Source: Octopus sinensis (Eukaryota). From it: a stretch of 64,000 bases of DNA. The translations under genes and the position numbers were made by a program. The stretch covers positions 19,654,001 to 19,718,000 of the forward strand of contig NC_043015.1 in NCBI RefSeq assembly GCF_006345805.1, in the 5' to 3' direction. Within the stretch, counting starts at the first letter, position 1. Every line of letters starts with the position of its first letter. Positions 42,907 through 51,760 of this stretch are shown here, in pieces. The notes beneath the pieces were generated by a model, which saw only the letters and a program-made list of their open reading frames with translations, was not told where the DNA came from and did not search any database.

Positions 42907-45514
42907 CACTATATACATATATATATACATATATATATACATATATATATAATATATCATATATATATAATCTATACATTTTATATATATCTATTAATAT
43001 TAATCTATATAGATATATACATCTATATACATATATATATACATCTATATTTACATAGATATTATAGATTATATACATATACTATCTATATACATATATA
43101 TATACATATATATATATATACCATATATATATAATATATAACATAATATATACATATATATTATATATATATACAGAGTATATATATACATATATATATT
43201 ACTAGATATATAGACATATATATACATATATATACATATATATATATACATATATATATATACATATATATATAACTATATATATATACATATATATATT
43301 ATATATATTACATATAATCATATAATACATATAATATACATATATATATACATATATATATATATATACATATATAGATTATACATATATATATATATAT
43401 ATAATATATATATATATTATACATATATATATATATACAATATATATATATACATAATATACATTAATTATATATATATATATATATATATCATATATAT
43501 ACATATATATCTATATATATATATTATATATATACTATATATATATATATATCTATATAATCTATATAGATATATATATATATATTATATATACATATAT
43601 ACTATATATATAATATATATATATATATCTATATATATACTATAATATACAATATATACTATATCTATCTAATATATAATATACGATATCTCTACTATAT
43701 ATATATGCATATATCCACTATATATCTATATATATATGCATATCTAGATCATATATATATACTATATCTATCTGCTATATATAATATATAATATATATAT
43801 GCTGTTTCTATATATATATATATATAGAATATATATATATATAATATATAATATATATATATATCTATAAATATCTATATACATATACTATATATATTAT
43901 ATATATATAAATATCCTATATATATATATATATTCTATATATATTATATCTCTATATATATATATATAATATATACATCTATAATAGTCTATATATATAC
44001 ATATCTATACTATTATAATCTATCCATATATATATATATATACAGTATATCTACCTCTACTATCCATATATATATATTATCTATACATATCTATATACAT
44101 ATATATACATATTCTCTATAGATATACATATTATATATCATATATATATAACCCCTTAATATACATATATATACATATATATACATATTATATATATATA
44201 ATAATATATATAATATATATATCTATATATATAATATATACCTATATATATATATTATATACATATATTACATATATTATATATATATATATATTCTATA
44301 CATATATATAAATTACATATATATTACATATATATATTATACATATACATATCTATATATATATATATATTATTACATCTATATATATATATATATTATA
44401 TTATATATATCATACTAAATCTATATATATATATATATACCATATATGTATATATACCTATATTATATATATATATCTATATATTATCATATATATTATA
44501 TATATATATATCTATATAATATATATATATATATATCTAATATATCTTATATATATATATATATATATACTATATATATATAATACATCTATAATATTCT
44601 ATATCCCTCATGCCCTCCCCCCCCTATATATAATATATATATATATATATACCTATATAGACATACATAATATATCATATCTATATATAATATATATATA
44701 TAATATATATATTATATCTACATATATATATATACCTATAATATATATCTATCTATATATATATACCTATATAATCTACTCTCTATATAAATATATATAT
44801 ATATACATCTATAACGATATATATATATATATACATATATATATATTCTACATATATACCCATATATATATATATATCATCCCCTCTATCTCTATATATA
44901 TATATACATATATATCTATATATTATATATATATTATATATCTATATATATTATAACATTATATATCGATATATATAACAAGATCTCTCTATATATATAT
45001 ATATATCAAATATATATATATATATACACATACCTATATATATACTACTATATACATATCTATAAATCTATATATCTCTCTACTATACTATATATATAGT
45101 ACTATATATCTTATATATATATATCTCTAATATCTATCTAGATCTCTATATACTCTATATATCTATTATATATCTAGATCTCTACATATCTATACCTATA
45201 TACATATATCTACATATATACATATATATACATATATATCTATATATCCATATATCTCTCTCTAATATATAGAATATATTATACCTATTATACCTCCATA
45301 ATCTATATATATATATATATACATATATATACATTATATATCTATATCCATATACCCTATACCCTATCTATATCTATTATATCTACCTATCTCTATATAT
45401 ATATATAAATATATATACATCTATATATATACTATACTTATATATCTATAATATATAATATACATATATACCTATATATATATATCTATATTAACATATA
45501 TATATATATAATAT

Positions 45515-45554
<40 letters not shown>

Positions 45555-48500
45555 ATACATATATACATATCTATACATCTCTCTCATATCTCTCTATATA
45601 TATACATATATCTACATATATCTACTATATATCTCTATGATATACATATCTACATATATCTATACATATCTATTATTAATATATCTACATCTCTCTCCTT
45701 TCTCTACATAGATATATATATCTATATATACATCTATATATATTATAGATATCAATATATATATACATATCTATATATATCATATATACATTTATATATA
45801 TATATCTAATATATATATACATATATACCTATATATATATATTCTATACATAATATACATACTATCTATCTATATATACTATATAAATATATATATACAC
45901 TATATACATATATATATATATATATACATACTATATATATATACATTATATATAAATATATATACATATAATATATATATATCTATACATATATATATAT
46001 ATATATATACATATATCTAACATATATATATACATATTATATATACATATATCTATATATATATAATACATATATATATATACAGATATACTATTACATA
46101 TATATATACATATACAACATATACTATACATATATATATATACATATATTACACTTAATATAATCTATATATACAGATATATATAGATACATATATATAT
46201 ATATACATATATATATAGACATATCTTTACATAATATACTATACATATATATATATATACATTATATATATATATACATATATAATATATTAATATATAT
46301 CTTATTACTATATATATATATAAATATATATATAATATATATATATACCATATATATAACATATATATAATATAATATCTATATATATACATATTATATA
46401 TAAACTATATCTATATAGTTCTAAATATACGATATCTACATACCTATATATCCCATATATATATAACATATATATATATACCAATATATATACACATATA
46501 ATATACACATTATATATATACACATATATACTACACATATATATATACACATATATCATACACATATATATATATACATATTATATATACATATATATAT
46601 TACAAATATTAATACACATATTATATACATATATCTATACATATATATATATACATATTAATATATACACATTATCTATATGTCCATATATATACACACA
46701 TATATACATAGACATACATACTATATATATATATATATATAATATATATATATAATCTGTAAATGGTAAAATGTGACAATTATTTGTAGCCATGATAAAA
46801 CTCCGAATTTCGGATACCGAGGTGGAAATCTTTTTCTTTTTCATAGTATGTTTCCGATGGCCGGATAACTGAAGAGATGGCGACATGGATTTCCACCTCA
46901 GCATCCGAAACTCAGAGGTTTATCATGGTTACCAAATAATTGTCACATATTACATTTACAAATAAATTTCTCTATTTACATAATATCAAGGTCTCTTTCA
47001 TTCTTTTGTTGTTTTACCATTTTTATCATATATATATATATATATATATAAATAATGTGTGTGTGTGTATATAAATGTATATATATATAATATATATTAT
47101 ATATATATATATGAAAATTACTGTATCAGCCAGATTATCAGATGTTATATGTTGCTGGTCAAAATGCGTTAACTTGCATTTTTGTAGTTTTCAAATAATG
47201 CCACCCCACTCACCATCATGGGCAGACCAATACTCTCCCTGAGCAGAATGCCACTCTATATTCATATATATATATATATAACATAACCAGAATCCTAGTA
47301 GGCTTAAAACATAGAATAAGCTGGGGGTTTGATTTCAGCATAGAAGCAAATGTCACTTAATGTATTTTGGTAACAACTCTTCATTTACATTTTTTTTATA
47401 TTGTAATTGTGACCAATAGCCTCATTAAACACAGGTTTCTAATGATCCAATCACTGATTCACATTTCTCATAGTGAAAGGGACAAAGGTGTATCTGTAAT
47501 TTGTTGTAGAACAATTATCACAAGAGATGTTTCTCCAAAAGGGAAGGACACACACATTCACACGTGCACTCACTCTCATACACACTCACACACATATACA
47601 CACACATACACATGTGCACACAAACACACACGAGCGCACACTCACACAAATCTACACATACACACACAACATGAAATAAGAAAATTAAGATACATTTATT
47701 AAACCTTATTTGAGACTATAATTAATTTACAGATGTTTTTAACTTTTTTCTTCTAATTTACCAAACCCACAGGAGTACATGAAATCAGTGTCACATTCGG
47801 TGGCAACCCTATCAAAAACAGTCCATTCCAAGTGAAGTGCTATGATGCAAGTCTTGTAAAAGTCTCTGAAATTCCTCAAGGAATTGTTGGTGTGCCCTGT
47901 AAATTCACAGGTTTGTATTATAATTCTTCAGCATTGTTATTATTCTATTAATTAATCCAATCATCATCATTCAAGGTCCGTTTTCCATGCTGGCATGGAT
48001 AGGATGGTTTGACAGGAGTTAGCAAGCCAGAGAGCAGCACCAGACTCCATTGTCTATTTTGGCATGGTTTCTATGCTGGATGCTCTTCTTAATGCCAGCC
48101 ACTTCACAGACTAGAGTATACAGGTGCTTTTTATATGGCACCAATACAGGTGCTTTGTATGACACCAGCATTGTTTTAAATATTAACATCATGGATGGGA
48201 TGTTTTTGAAGTGAAAAGTGTATGTGTGTGTTTCTATGACAGCTAACAATTGTGAATCATAACTGTCAGTTAATACTGCTACTGTATAAACCTGAAGATT
48301 GCAAAAAGCATGAAAGTACTGGTTTTGACATATGTAATATTGTAAAATAGTAAAAAAAACAAATATATATAAAATGTAAAGATTCAACTGTTGGAATTTC
48401 ATTGGCAAATATATATTTGTACAATATCATGCCTACCTCTCCTACAAGCCTCAACCTCCTTGGATTTAGGATACCATTTTCCAAGGCATATAAGTGACCG

Positions 48501-49989
48501 AGATCACAAACCACCTTTCAAATGGGACACCAGTCCATTACAGGTTTAGTTATTTACAGCTCAGTGGACTGGGCCAATGTGAAATGAAGTGTTTTTCTCA
48601 AGAGCACAATGCACAGCCTGGTCCAGAAATCGAACTGATGCTCTTGCGATTGTGGGTACAACAACCTACCCACTAGGCTACATGCCTTCACTAACTCTGA
48701 GGAAGTGGAAAGGGATGAGGGCAGGATCATGGAAAGAGGGGATGGCATTCAACATCTGAAAAGGTTTCAATGAGCGTTTGATAACAGACATGTCATGTCA
48801 ATTGTTCTCGCTTTAATTTACCATCATTCATTCATGTTAAAATTGCTGTTTCTGCAGGAAGTGTGTCCAACCCATGCTAGCATGGAAAAACAGACGCCAA
48901 ATGATGATGATGATGATGATGATATACTCATCAACATTCTTTACAATGTATAATGTAACAGTTTTGTTTTATTTTGTTTTATTTGTTTATATCTTTTGTT
49001 ATTGTTTCCAGTGGACACTACGTCTGCTGGGGAGGGTAATTTACAGGCGGATGTATTTGCCGGAGGGAAACCAGTCCCTTACCACATGAACTATTTGACT
49101 CCAAATCGATATGAAGTGACCATCCTTGCACAGCAGGCTACAAGGCATCAAGTACATCTCAAGTTCAATTCTGATCGCATTCCTGGTCAGTGAAATATTG
49201 CTGTTATTATTATTGCTAGTTTGTTTTGTTGTTATTTTTGTTTAGACCCTAGGCCAGTACACATCAACAAAACCTATGACCAAAGGCATTTTAACCATTG
49301 CATTATATCTAATATATATATACATATACATATATATATATAGAGAGAGAAAGATTGTATGTAAATGATGTATGGCTATATAAAATAAACATTTTAATTC
49401 CCTGTAAGAATATGTATTTGAGATTTTTCCCTATTTAATTCTGGGTGAATAACTCTCAAGAAGAATAAGTAAATTTGGTAAATGAATTATCATTGGTTTT
49501 TTTTTTTGTTATTCCATAAATAAAAACCAGATCCCATTCATTGTCTTTGTAATATACGTACATACACTTTTTAAGGCTATTTATAGAAATTAGAGCTAGC
49601 ACTAATTGGATATAATGTTTTGCATCCAAATACATCTAATGTAAACAATGCAATTGAAGATAAAGATAGAAAGATAGTTAATGGGTGTATATGCACATTT
49701 CAGGAGTTATTGCCCTCTTCTTCATCATCACATGCAACCCATTAACCATCTGTGGATTCGTTGCTTAAATATAACCATATAGCCACTAAATATAATGGAA
49801 TCCAAAATGAATTTTTTTAATTTCTTTTTTCTTTCATTTCAGGTAGCCCTTATATCATTGATTACTTGGACACAGCTGATATTTCAGCCAGCGGAGAAGG
49901 ACTAGGCATGGTCTGCTGTCAACAGTCTGCTGTCTTCACTGTCGATGCCAAAGGGGCTTCTTTATCTGACCTTACCATTGAGATAACAG
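155..49989 (+). CDS. Filamin-family (jitterbug/FLN-2-like) gene, internal part: 13 exons, ~591 codons, about 6.5 Ig-like filamin repeats; continues beyond both window edges
   Basis: Exons splice into one open frame with filamin motifs (GSP(F/Y/W), V.G.GL, F.(I/V)DAS.AG.GNLEI, F.P...G.Y). Alternating repeats such as [36 protein letters not shown] resemble Drosophila jitterbug/C. elegans FLN-2 (from recall, not a search). Confidence 0.93.
576..974 (-). mobile_element. tRNA-derived SINE family A, full-length copy in (TA)n
   Basis: Reverse complement of the repeat with head AGGAGTGGCTGTGTGGTAAG..GGTTCAGTCCC, CCTTGGGCAAG body, internal (TA/TG)n and tail GGCGGTGCTCCAGCATGGCCACAGTCAAATGACTGAAACAAGTAAAAG; about 18 full or partial copies in the window. 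Confidence 0.85.
1030..1286 (+). mobile_element. RTE-clade LINE 3' fragment (degenerate)
   Basis: Translates [13 protein letters not shown]...[25 protein letters not shown], the RTE ORF C-terminus, followed by a short tail ending GGATGAT. Confidence 0.65.
1686..1776. repeat. Compound microsatellite (GT)n/(GTGC)n/(GA)n/(GT)n
   Basis: Directly visible. Confidence 0.9.
1841..2026. mobile_element. TTAA-flanked piggyBac-type MITE
   Basis: ttaaCCCTTTAGTATT ... AATGCTAAAGCttaa degenerate TIRs; a reversed partial copy lies at ~21255-21400. Confidence 0.55.
2137..2343 (+). mobile_element. tRNA-derived SINE family B
   Basis: Matches the 20070-20303 copy (GAGTTCAAATTCC B-box-like motif; GACTTTGCCTTTCATCCTT central domain). 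Confidence 0.7.
2532..2922 (+). mobile_element. SINE family A, diverged copy
   Basis: Head GGCATGGCTGTGTGGTTAAG, tail GGCAGTGCCCCAGTATGGCCACAGT..GACTGAA. Confidence 0.8.
3999..4311 (-). mobile_element. tRNA-derived SINE family C (CORE-like central domain)
   Basis: Reverse complement of the 20338-20657 copy; CCTTGAGCAAG..GCTCCAGTCCA.TCAG domain. Confidence 0.75.
6830..7362. mobile_element. Fold-back element: two head-to-head arms of tRNA-like head + (AAT)n + body with hammerhead-like motif (copy 1)
   Basis: 6830-7142 is the reverse complement of 7137-7335; right arm has an extra tail to 7362; B-box GTTCGATTCC in both arms. Confidence 0.85.
7238..7283 (+). ncRNA. Minimal type-I hammerhead ribozyme-like motif (decayed); mirror copy at 6882-6927 (-)
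   Basis: GACAC-CTGATGA-A-GGCTG(loop)CAGTC-GAAAC-ATT-GTGTT: stem I GACAC/GTGTT, intact core, stem II GGCTG/CAGTC; the GAAACGTT ancestral state is inferred from CA/TG variants among four arms. Confidence 0.65.
7410..7700 (+). mobile_element. Highly degenerate RTE LINE C-terminal remnant
   Basis: [28 protein letters not shown] resembles the RTE end motif LK..I.P..WE..A..R..WR. Confidence 0.35.
7700..7950. mobile_element. Possible non-autonomous Helentron/Helitron-associated element
   Basis: CCAAAATCTAATCAGTT..AAAGTTTCATGCAAATC body and terminal hairpin ATCTCGGC..GCAGAGGT followed by AATAATA; family assignment from recall. Confidence 0.35.
9358..9900 (-). mobile_element. RTE LINE 3' UTR-derived repeat with internal ~55-60 nt tandem units
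   Basis: Begins (CAT)n-GTTTAA..TTTCCATGCTGG, the reverse complement of the RTE LINE end at ~60560-60703; repeated TGGTGCTTTTTACGTGCCACCAGCACAGGAGCCAG units. Confidence 0.75.
12344..12780 (-). mobile_element. Two tandem SINE family B copies (12344-12562, 12570-12780)
   Basis: Each reads ..GGATGAAAG.CAAAGT.GACCT..GCAGAATTTGAA.TCAGAAC..CTGCCAGCTCGC.GCC. Confidence 0.8.
12800..13100 (+). mobile_element. Degenerate Jockey/CR1-group LINE 3' remnant
   Basis: [22 protein letters not shown] resembles the RT...SFFPR...WN.LP end motif. Confidence 0.4.
13351..13437. repeat. (CTCTCCCCCT)n polypyrimidine minisatellite
   Basis: 10-nt unit directly visible. Confidence 0.9.
14139..14522 (+). mobile_element. 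SINE family A, full-length
   Basis: Head, body and tail as in the other copies. Confidence 0.85.
14931..15014 (+). CDS. Filamin-like exon B1 (84 nt): [28 protein letters not shown](G)
   Basis: Acceptor tattctttgacag|, donor G|gtaaag; absent from ORF track, translated by hand. Confidence 0.92.
15236..16052. mobile_element. Fold-back tRNA-head/hammerhead element, copy 2, interrupted by SINE A
   Basis: Left arm 15236-~15455 (with full tail); right arm ~15457-16052 split in its (AAT)n by SINE A; hammerhead-like motifs at 15315-15360 (-) and 15968-16011 (+), both with core mutations. Confidence 0.85.
15540..15910 (+). mobile_element. SINE family A inserted into the (AAT)n of the fold-back element
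   Basis: Full head-to-tail copy; host sequence resumes with tataataacatcaaaaaatacc. Confidence 0.88.
17246..17955 (-). mobile_element. RTE LINE 3' fragment interrupted by SINE B (17371-17598, -)
   Basis: RTE tail sequence broken at ttggatgcc, which occurs at both ~17362 and ~17600; 17860-17950 matches the RTE C-terminus (..[17 protein letters not shown]...). Confidence 0.75.
18136..18276 (+). CDS. Filamin-like exon C1 (141 nt): [47 protein letters not shown]
   Basis: Acceptor ttcatttcag|, donor A|gtaagt; contains the HV.GSPF motif. Confidence 0.94.
18635..18790 (-). mobile_element. Single arm of hammerhead-like family 3 element
   Basis: Homologous to 33358-33640; the minus strand reads GTGCAT-CTGAAGA...GAAACAGCTGTA-CTGTAT. 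Confidence 0.6.
18995..19288 (-). mobile_element. SINE family C
   Basis: Aligns with 3999-4311. Confidence 0.75.
19380..19547 (+). CDS. Filamin-like exon D1 (168 nt): [56 protein letters not shown](G)
   Basis: Acceptor tctttttttgtag|, donor G|gtaaga; lies within ORF 19316..19561. Confidence 0.95.
19597..19990 (+). mobile_element. SINE family A, full-length
   Basis: Head, body and tail conserved. Confidence 0.87.
20070..20303 (+). mobile_element. SINE family B, young CpG-rich copy
   Basis: GGCGGCGAGCTGGCAGAATCGTTAGCACGCCGGGCGAAATG.. head; (AATAA) tail. Confidence 0.82.
20338..20657 (+). mobile_element. SINE family C
   Basis: tRNA-like head TGGCTTAGTGGTTAGGG..GAGTTCAATTCCC with A/B boxes. 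Confidence 0.8.
22060..22740. mobile_element. Cluster of SINE A fragments in opposite orientations with a CORE-like SINE (22410-22632, -) inserted
   Basis: SINE A tail (-) 22060-22250; SINE A 3' half (+) 22260-22382 resuming at ~22638; aaaataagta occurs on both sides of the insert. Confidence 0.65.
22900..23046 (+). CDS. Filamin-like exon A2 (147 nt): [49 protein letters not shown]
   Basis: Acceptor ttctttccaaacag|, donor G|gtaagt; same size as A1. Confidence 0.92.
23230..23538 (+). mobile_element. Non-autonomous GC-rich element with an RTE-type 3' tail and (GAT)n end
   Basis: Tail CCCCTGTTAACGGGGACAAAACCTTGATTTAAAACCCTGG(ATG)n matches the tail of the RTE fragment at 1243-1286. Confidence 0.65.
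24155..24532 (+). mobile_element. SINE family A (5' slightly truncated)
   Basis: Body and tail conserved. Confidence 0.8.
24904..24987 (+). CDS. Filamin-like exon B2 (84 nt): [28 protein letters not shown](G)
   Basis: Acceptor ataatttcag|, donor G|gtaagt. Confidence 0.93.
25344..25561 (+). mobile_element. Mariner-derived MITE with TIRs and TA flanks
   Basis: TA-TGAGGGGTTGATGTAAATTCTTGGCTTT ... AAAGCCAGGAACTTTTCAGCACCCCCATCA-TA; interior translates [18 protein letters not shown], a mariner transposase C-terminus. Confidence 0.8.
25769..25909 (+). CDS. Filamin-like exon C2 (141 nt): [47 protein letters not shown]
   Basis: Acceptor catatttttcag|, donor A|gtaagt. Confidence 0.94.
25999..26213. 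mobile_element. TTAA-flanked piggyBac-type MITE
   Basis: ttaaCCTTTCTGTTACCA ... TGGTATCGAAAGGGttaa. Confidence 0.75.
26359..26579. mobile_element. Second copy of the same TTAA MITE
   Basis: ttaaCCCTTTTGTTATCA ... TGGTATCAAAAGGGttaa; collinear with 25999-26213. Confidence 0.78.
26725..27097 (+). mobile_element. SINE family A
   Basis: Head and tail conserved. Confidence 0.8.
27226..27452 (-). mobile_element. SINE family B
   Basis: Aligns with 17371-17598. Confidence 0.75.
27907..28153 (-). pseudogene. Tc1/mariner (maT/DD37D-like) transposase C-terminal remnant
   Basis: Minus strand: [47 protein letters not shown] / frameshift / ..[24 protein letters not shown]. Confidence 0.85.
28412..28579 (+). 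CDS. Filamin-like exon D2 (168 nt): [56 protein letters not shown]
   Basis: Acceptor tttattttcacag|, donor G|gtaaat. Confidence 0.95.
29708..29933. mobile_element. TTAA-type MITE nested in an RTE-tail repeat (~29505-30050)
   Basis: ttaaTCCATTTGTGCCCA ... TGGGCACTAATTGGttat degenerate TIRs. Confidence 0.5.
30150..30299 (+). CDS. Filamin-like exon A3 (150 nt): [50 protein letters not shown]
   Basis: Acceptor ctatttctccag|, donor T|gtgagt. Confidence 0.94.
32368..32582 (+). mobile_element. SINE family B variant, with degenerate neighbours at ~32160-32350 and ~32585-32700
   Basis: GGTGACAAGATGGCAGAATAGTT..GAGTTCAAAC..GTTGACTTTGTCCTTCATC. Confidence 0.65.
32986..33354 (+). mobile_element. SINE family A with small internal deletion
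   Basis: Tail GGCGGTGCTTCAGCATGGCCGCAGTCAAATGACTGAAACAAGTAAAAGAATAAAAGAAT. Confidence 0.86.
33358..33640. mobile_element. Fold-back element with ~105-nt arms (hammerhead-like family 3)
   Basis: 33359-33463 is the imperfect reverse complement of 33537-33640; TGCAG-CTGAAGA...GAAACGGTTGTA-CTGCA at 33520-33605. Confidence 0.75.
33657..33985 (+). mobile_element. CORE-like tRNA SINE (family C variant)
   Basis: TGGCTCAGTGGTTAGAGCG head; CCTTGAGCAAGACACTTTA domain; flanked by (TA)n. Confidence 0.75.
36262..36662 (+). mobile_element. SINE family A, full-length
   Basis: Head, body and tail conserved. Confidence 0.85.
37651..37734 (+). CDS. Filamin-like exon B3 (84 nt): [28 protein letters not shown](G)
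   Basis: Acceptor aatcctttcag|, donor G|gtacgt; classic SPSG...Y.P.EVG motif. Confidence 0.95.
37929..38182. repeat. Long imperfect inverted repeat (~115-nt arms, ~22-nt spacer)
   Basis: CAAAGAATGGAGGTATTGGTGTCACATA...ATATGAGCAAT versus ATTGCTCATAT...TATGTGACACCAATACTTCCATTCTTTG. Confidence 0.88.
38183..46754. repeat. ~8.6 kb degenerate (TA)n/(TATACA)n microsatellite tract
   Basis: Directly visible; interrupted only by 39761-40176. Confidence 0.95.
39761..40176 (-). mobile_element. 5'-truncated CR1/L2 (Jockey-group) LINE 3' end
   Basis: With frameshifts: YIWKIL.G.(I)[19 protein letters not shown]...[59 protein letters not shown]; then a short 3' UTR and (TTTAAGGA)2 tail. Confidence 0.8.
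46755..47028. mobile_element. Asymmetric fold-back element (hammerhead-like family 2)
   Basis: 46755-46830 is the reverse complement of 46888-46963; motif GATAA-CTGAAGA-GATG..CATC-C-GAAACTCAGAG-GT-TTATC at 46864-46924; one-sided tail to 47028. Confidence 0.78.
47773..47910 (+). CDS. Filamin-like exon C3 (138 nt): [46 protein letters not shown]
   Basis: Acceptor ccaaacccacag|, donor G|gtttgt. Confidence 0.95.
47961..48175 (-). mobile_element. RTE LINE 3' UTR-derived repeat
   Basis: (CAT)n..TTTTCCATGCTGGCATGG..CTGGATGCTCTTCTTAATGCCAGCCAC. Confidence 0.7.
48520..48690 (-). mobile_element. CORE-like tRNA SINE
   Basis: Aligns with 22410-22632 and 35780-35915. Confidence 0.65.
49012..49185 (+). 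CDS. Filamin-like exon D3 (174 nt): [58 protein letters not shown](G)
   Basis: Acceptor ttattgtttccag|, donor G|gtcagt. Confidence 0.95.
49843..49989 (+). CDS. Filamin-like exon A4 (147 nt): [49 protein letters not shown]
   Basis: Acceptor ctttcatttcag|, donor G|gtatta; no following 84-nt-type exon found before 64000. Confidence 0.95.
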
Positions 49990-51760
49990 GTATTACTTTA
50001 ATTCACAGCATGCCATAGTTGCTAAAATACAGTGCTGTCTTTTGGGGTGAAAGGTATCATTTTTTTATTTAGTTAAATCAATCATATTTTAAAACATGTG
50101 GTGTCATCTATAGGACAATTAATACAAGGGAGATAATCATTTCTTCATAATATTTTGTGGGATCATGAGTTTGAATTTAAAATTAAGGAATAAAGAAGTT
50201 GCATAGAATACACATATTTTAATTTATGTCAGCCTTGATTAAGCAGATTTATGTTAAAGACAGTCAAGCCATGACCAATCCATATTTTATTTTTCACACA
50301 TAGTATATTTAGGACTAGATTATCCAGTTTGTCCTTCCTTTCACAGATAGTAATATGATATAATGGAGACTTGGTTGCTATTTCAAGCTGCTCAGGCAAC
50401 CACATGAAACTCCATCAGTAGCTCATAATTCATGCTGTTTATTACATGTATGTGTGATCAATAAAGCATTGATTGATTCCATGAATGAATCTATTTTGCA
50501 ATACTGTATTTTCTGGTGTTCATGCCAAAATACACAGGTTGACTTATGCACCAAAACAACTTTGGGAAACCAAAAATTCCATATGAAATACAACAGAGTT
50601 GAGAAAGACAGTTTGAATGTTTATATGTCTATGCTATATACTACATTGACTTATGCCTGAAAATACAGTGCAATTTCCAAATGATAGAGACCCAATCATA
50701 CAATGAAGAAAAGAGTCAAGCAGCAGACTCACTTCATGAAATAATAATAATAATAATAAAATTCAATAGATTCTTTAAGACTTAGAATTTACATTATCAG
50801 TTGAGAATAACATTTTGTAACACAGCAATATTTTTTTGTCTTTTTAAATTAATAATTTTGTAAATGACATTTGCAATGAATATAAATAACCCTGTGGACC
50901 CTAGTGGCAAGTTAATAAATGGGAGATAATCATGTCTTGCTAAATTTTGGTAGGGTTAGAAATCTGAATTTAGAATTAGGAAACAATAAAGATACATAAA
51001 TCATACAGATTTGATTAATTTGTGGGTTTTTTTTTGCTTATTTATTACAAAAATCTCAATTTTTTCCATTTAATTTTATTTATTTTCTGTGTGTGTTTTT
51101 TTCTATATTTTGTTTTATTTTTTTTATTTGTGCATGATATGGGTGTAATGCAGATGTTTTGCACATCTTTCAAACAGTGCTGGTATACTGTGCATGTTGT
51201 GTGCAGCATGAATTCAAGCAAAGCAAAGCGCAAAAATTGCATGTCATTAGCGGCGATCAATAAAGAGGCTTGTATTTTCTTATCTGTAAACCATCTTTGA
51301 AAAGTAACCCCTTCACCAATTCCCTTTCCCCTCTCTTGTTCTCTCTCATCTCTCTCTCTCTCTTTATATATATATGGTGGAGTATATTACATATTATATG
51401 TAATAGATCCATATATTACCTATAATCATTGTTTCTCTTGCTCTCTCTCTCATTCTATAATTATTAATTATAATAATGATTTCTTACTAAAAAATAAATC
51501 ATAAATTTAATCATGGACATAACACAAAAATAACATATTTCCAAGAATATTAATGTGGCTCACACACTAAACACAAGCTTCAACCAACCAGGTCTACAGT
51601 TTCCTTGTTAGCTATTTACCACTGCTTCGTACTGTGGTGCCTACCATTTTAATAATAAAACAAACATTAGGTATAGTAATCATATCTTTGTCTTGGGAGC
51701 AACTGATCTTAGTAAGAAAGAAGTCAGGTAGTGTTAATATAATTGTCCTGAAACACCTGT

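Noticed and set aside
38081-46904. Many Y/I-rich ORFs in the ORF track
   Set aside because: These are translations of (TA)n microsatellite with no coding signal.
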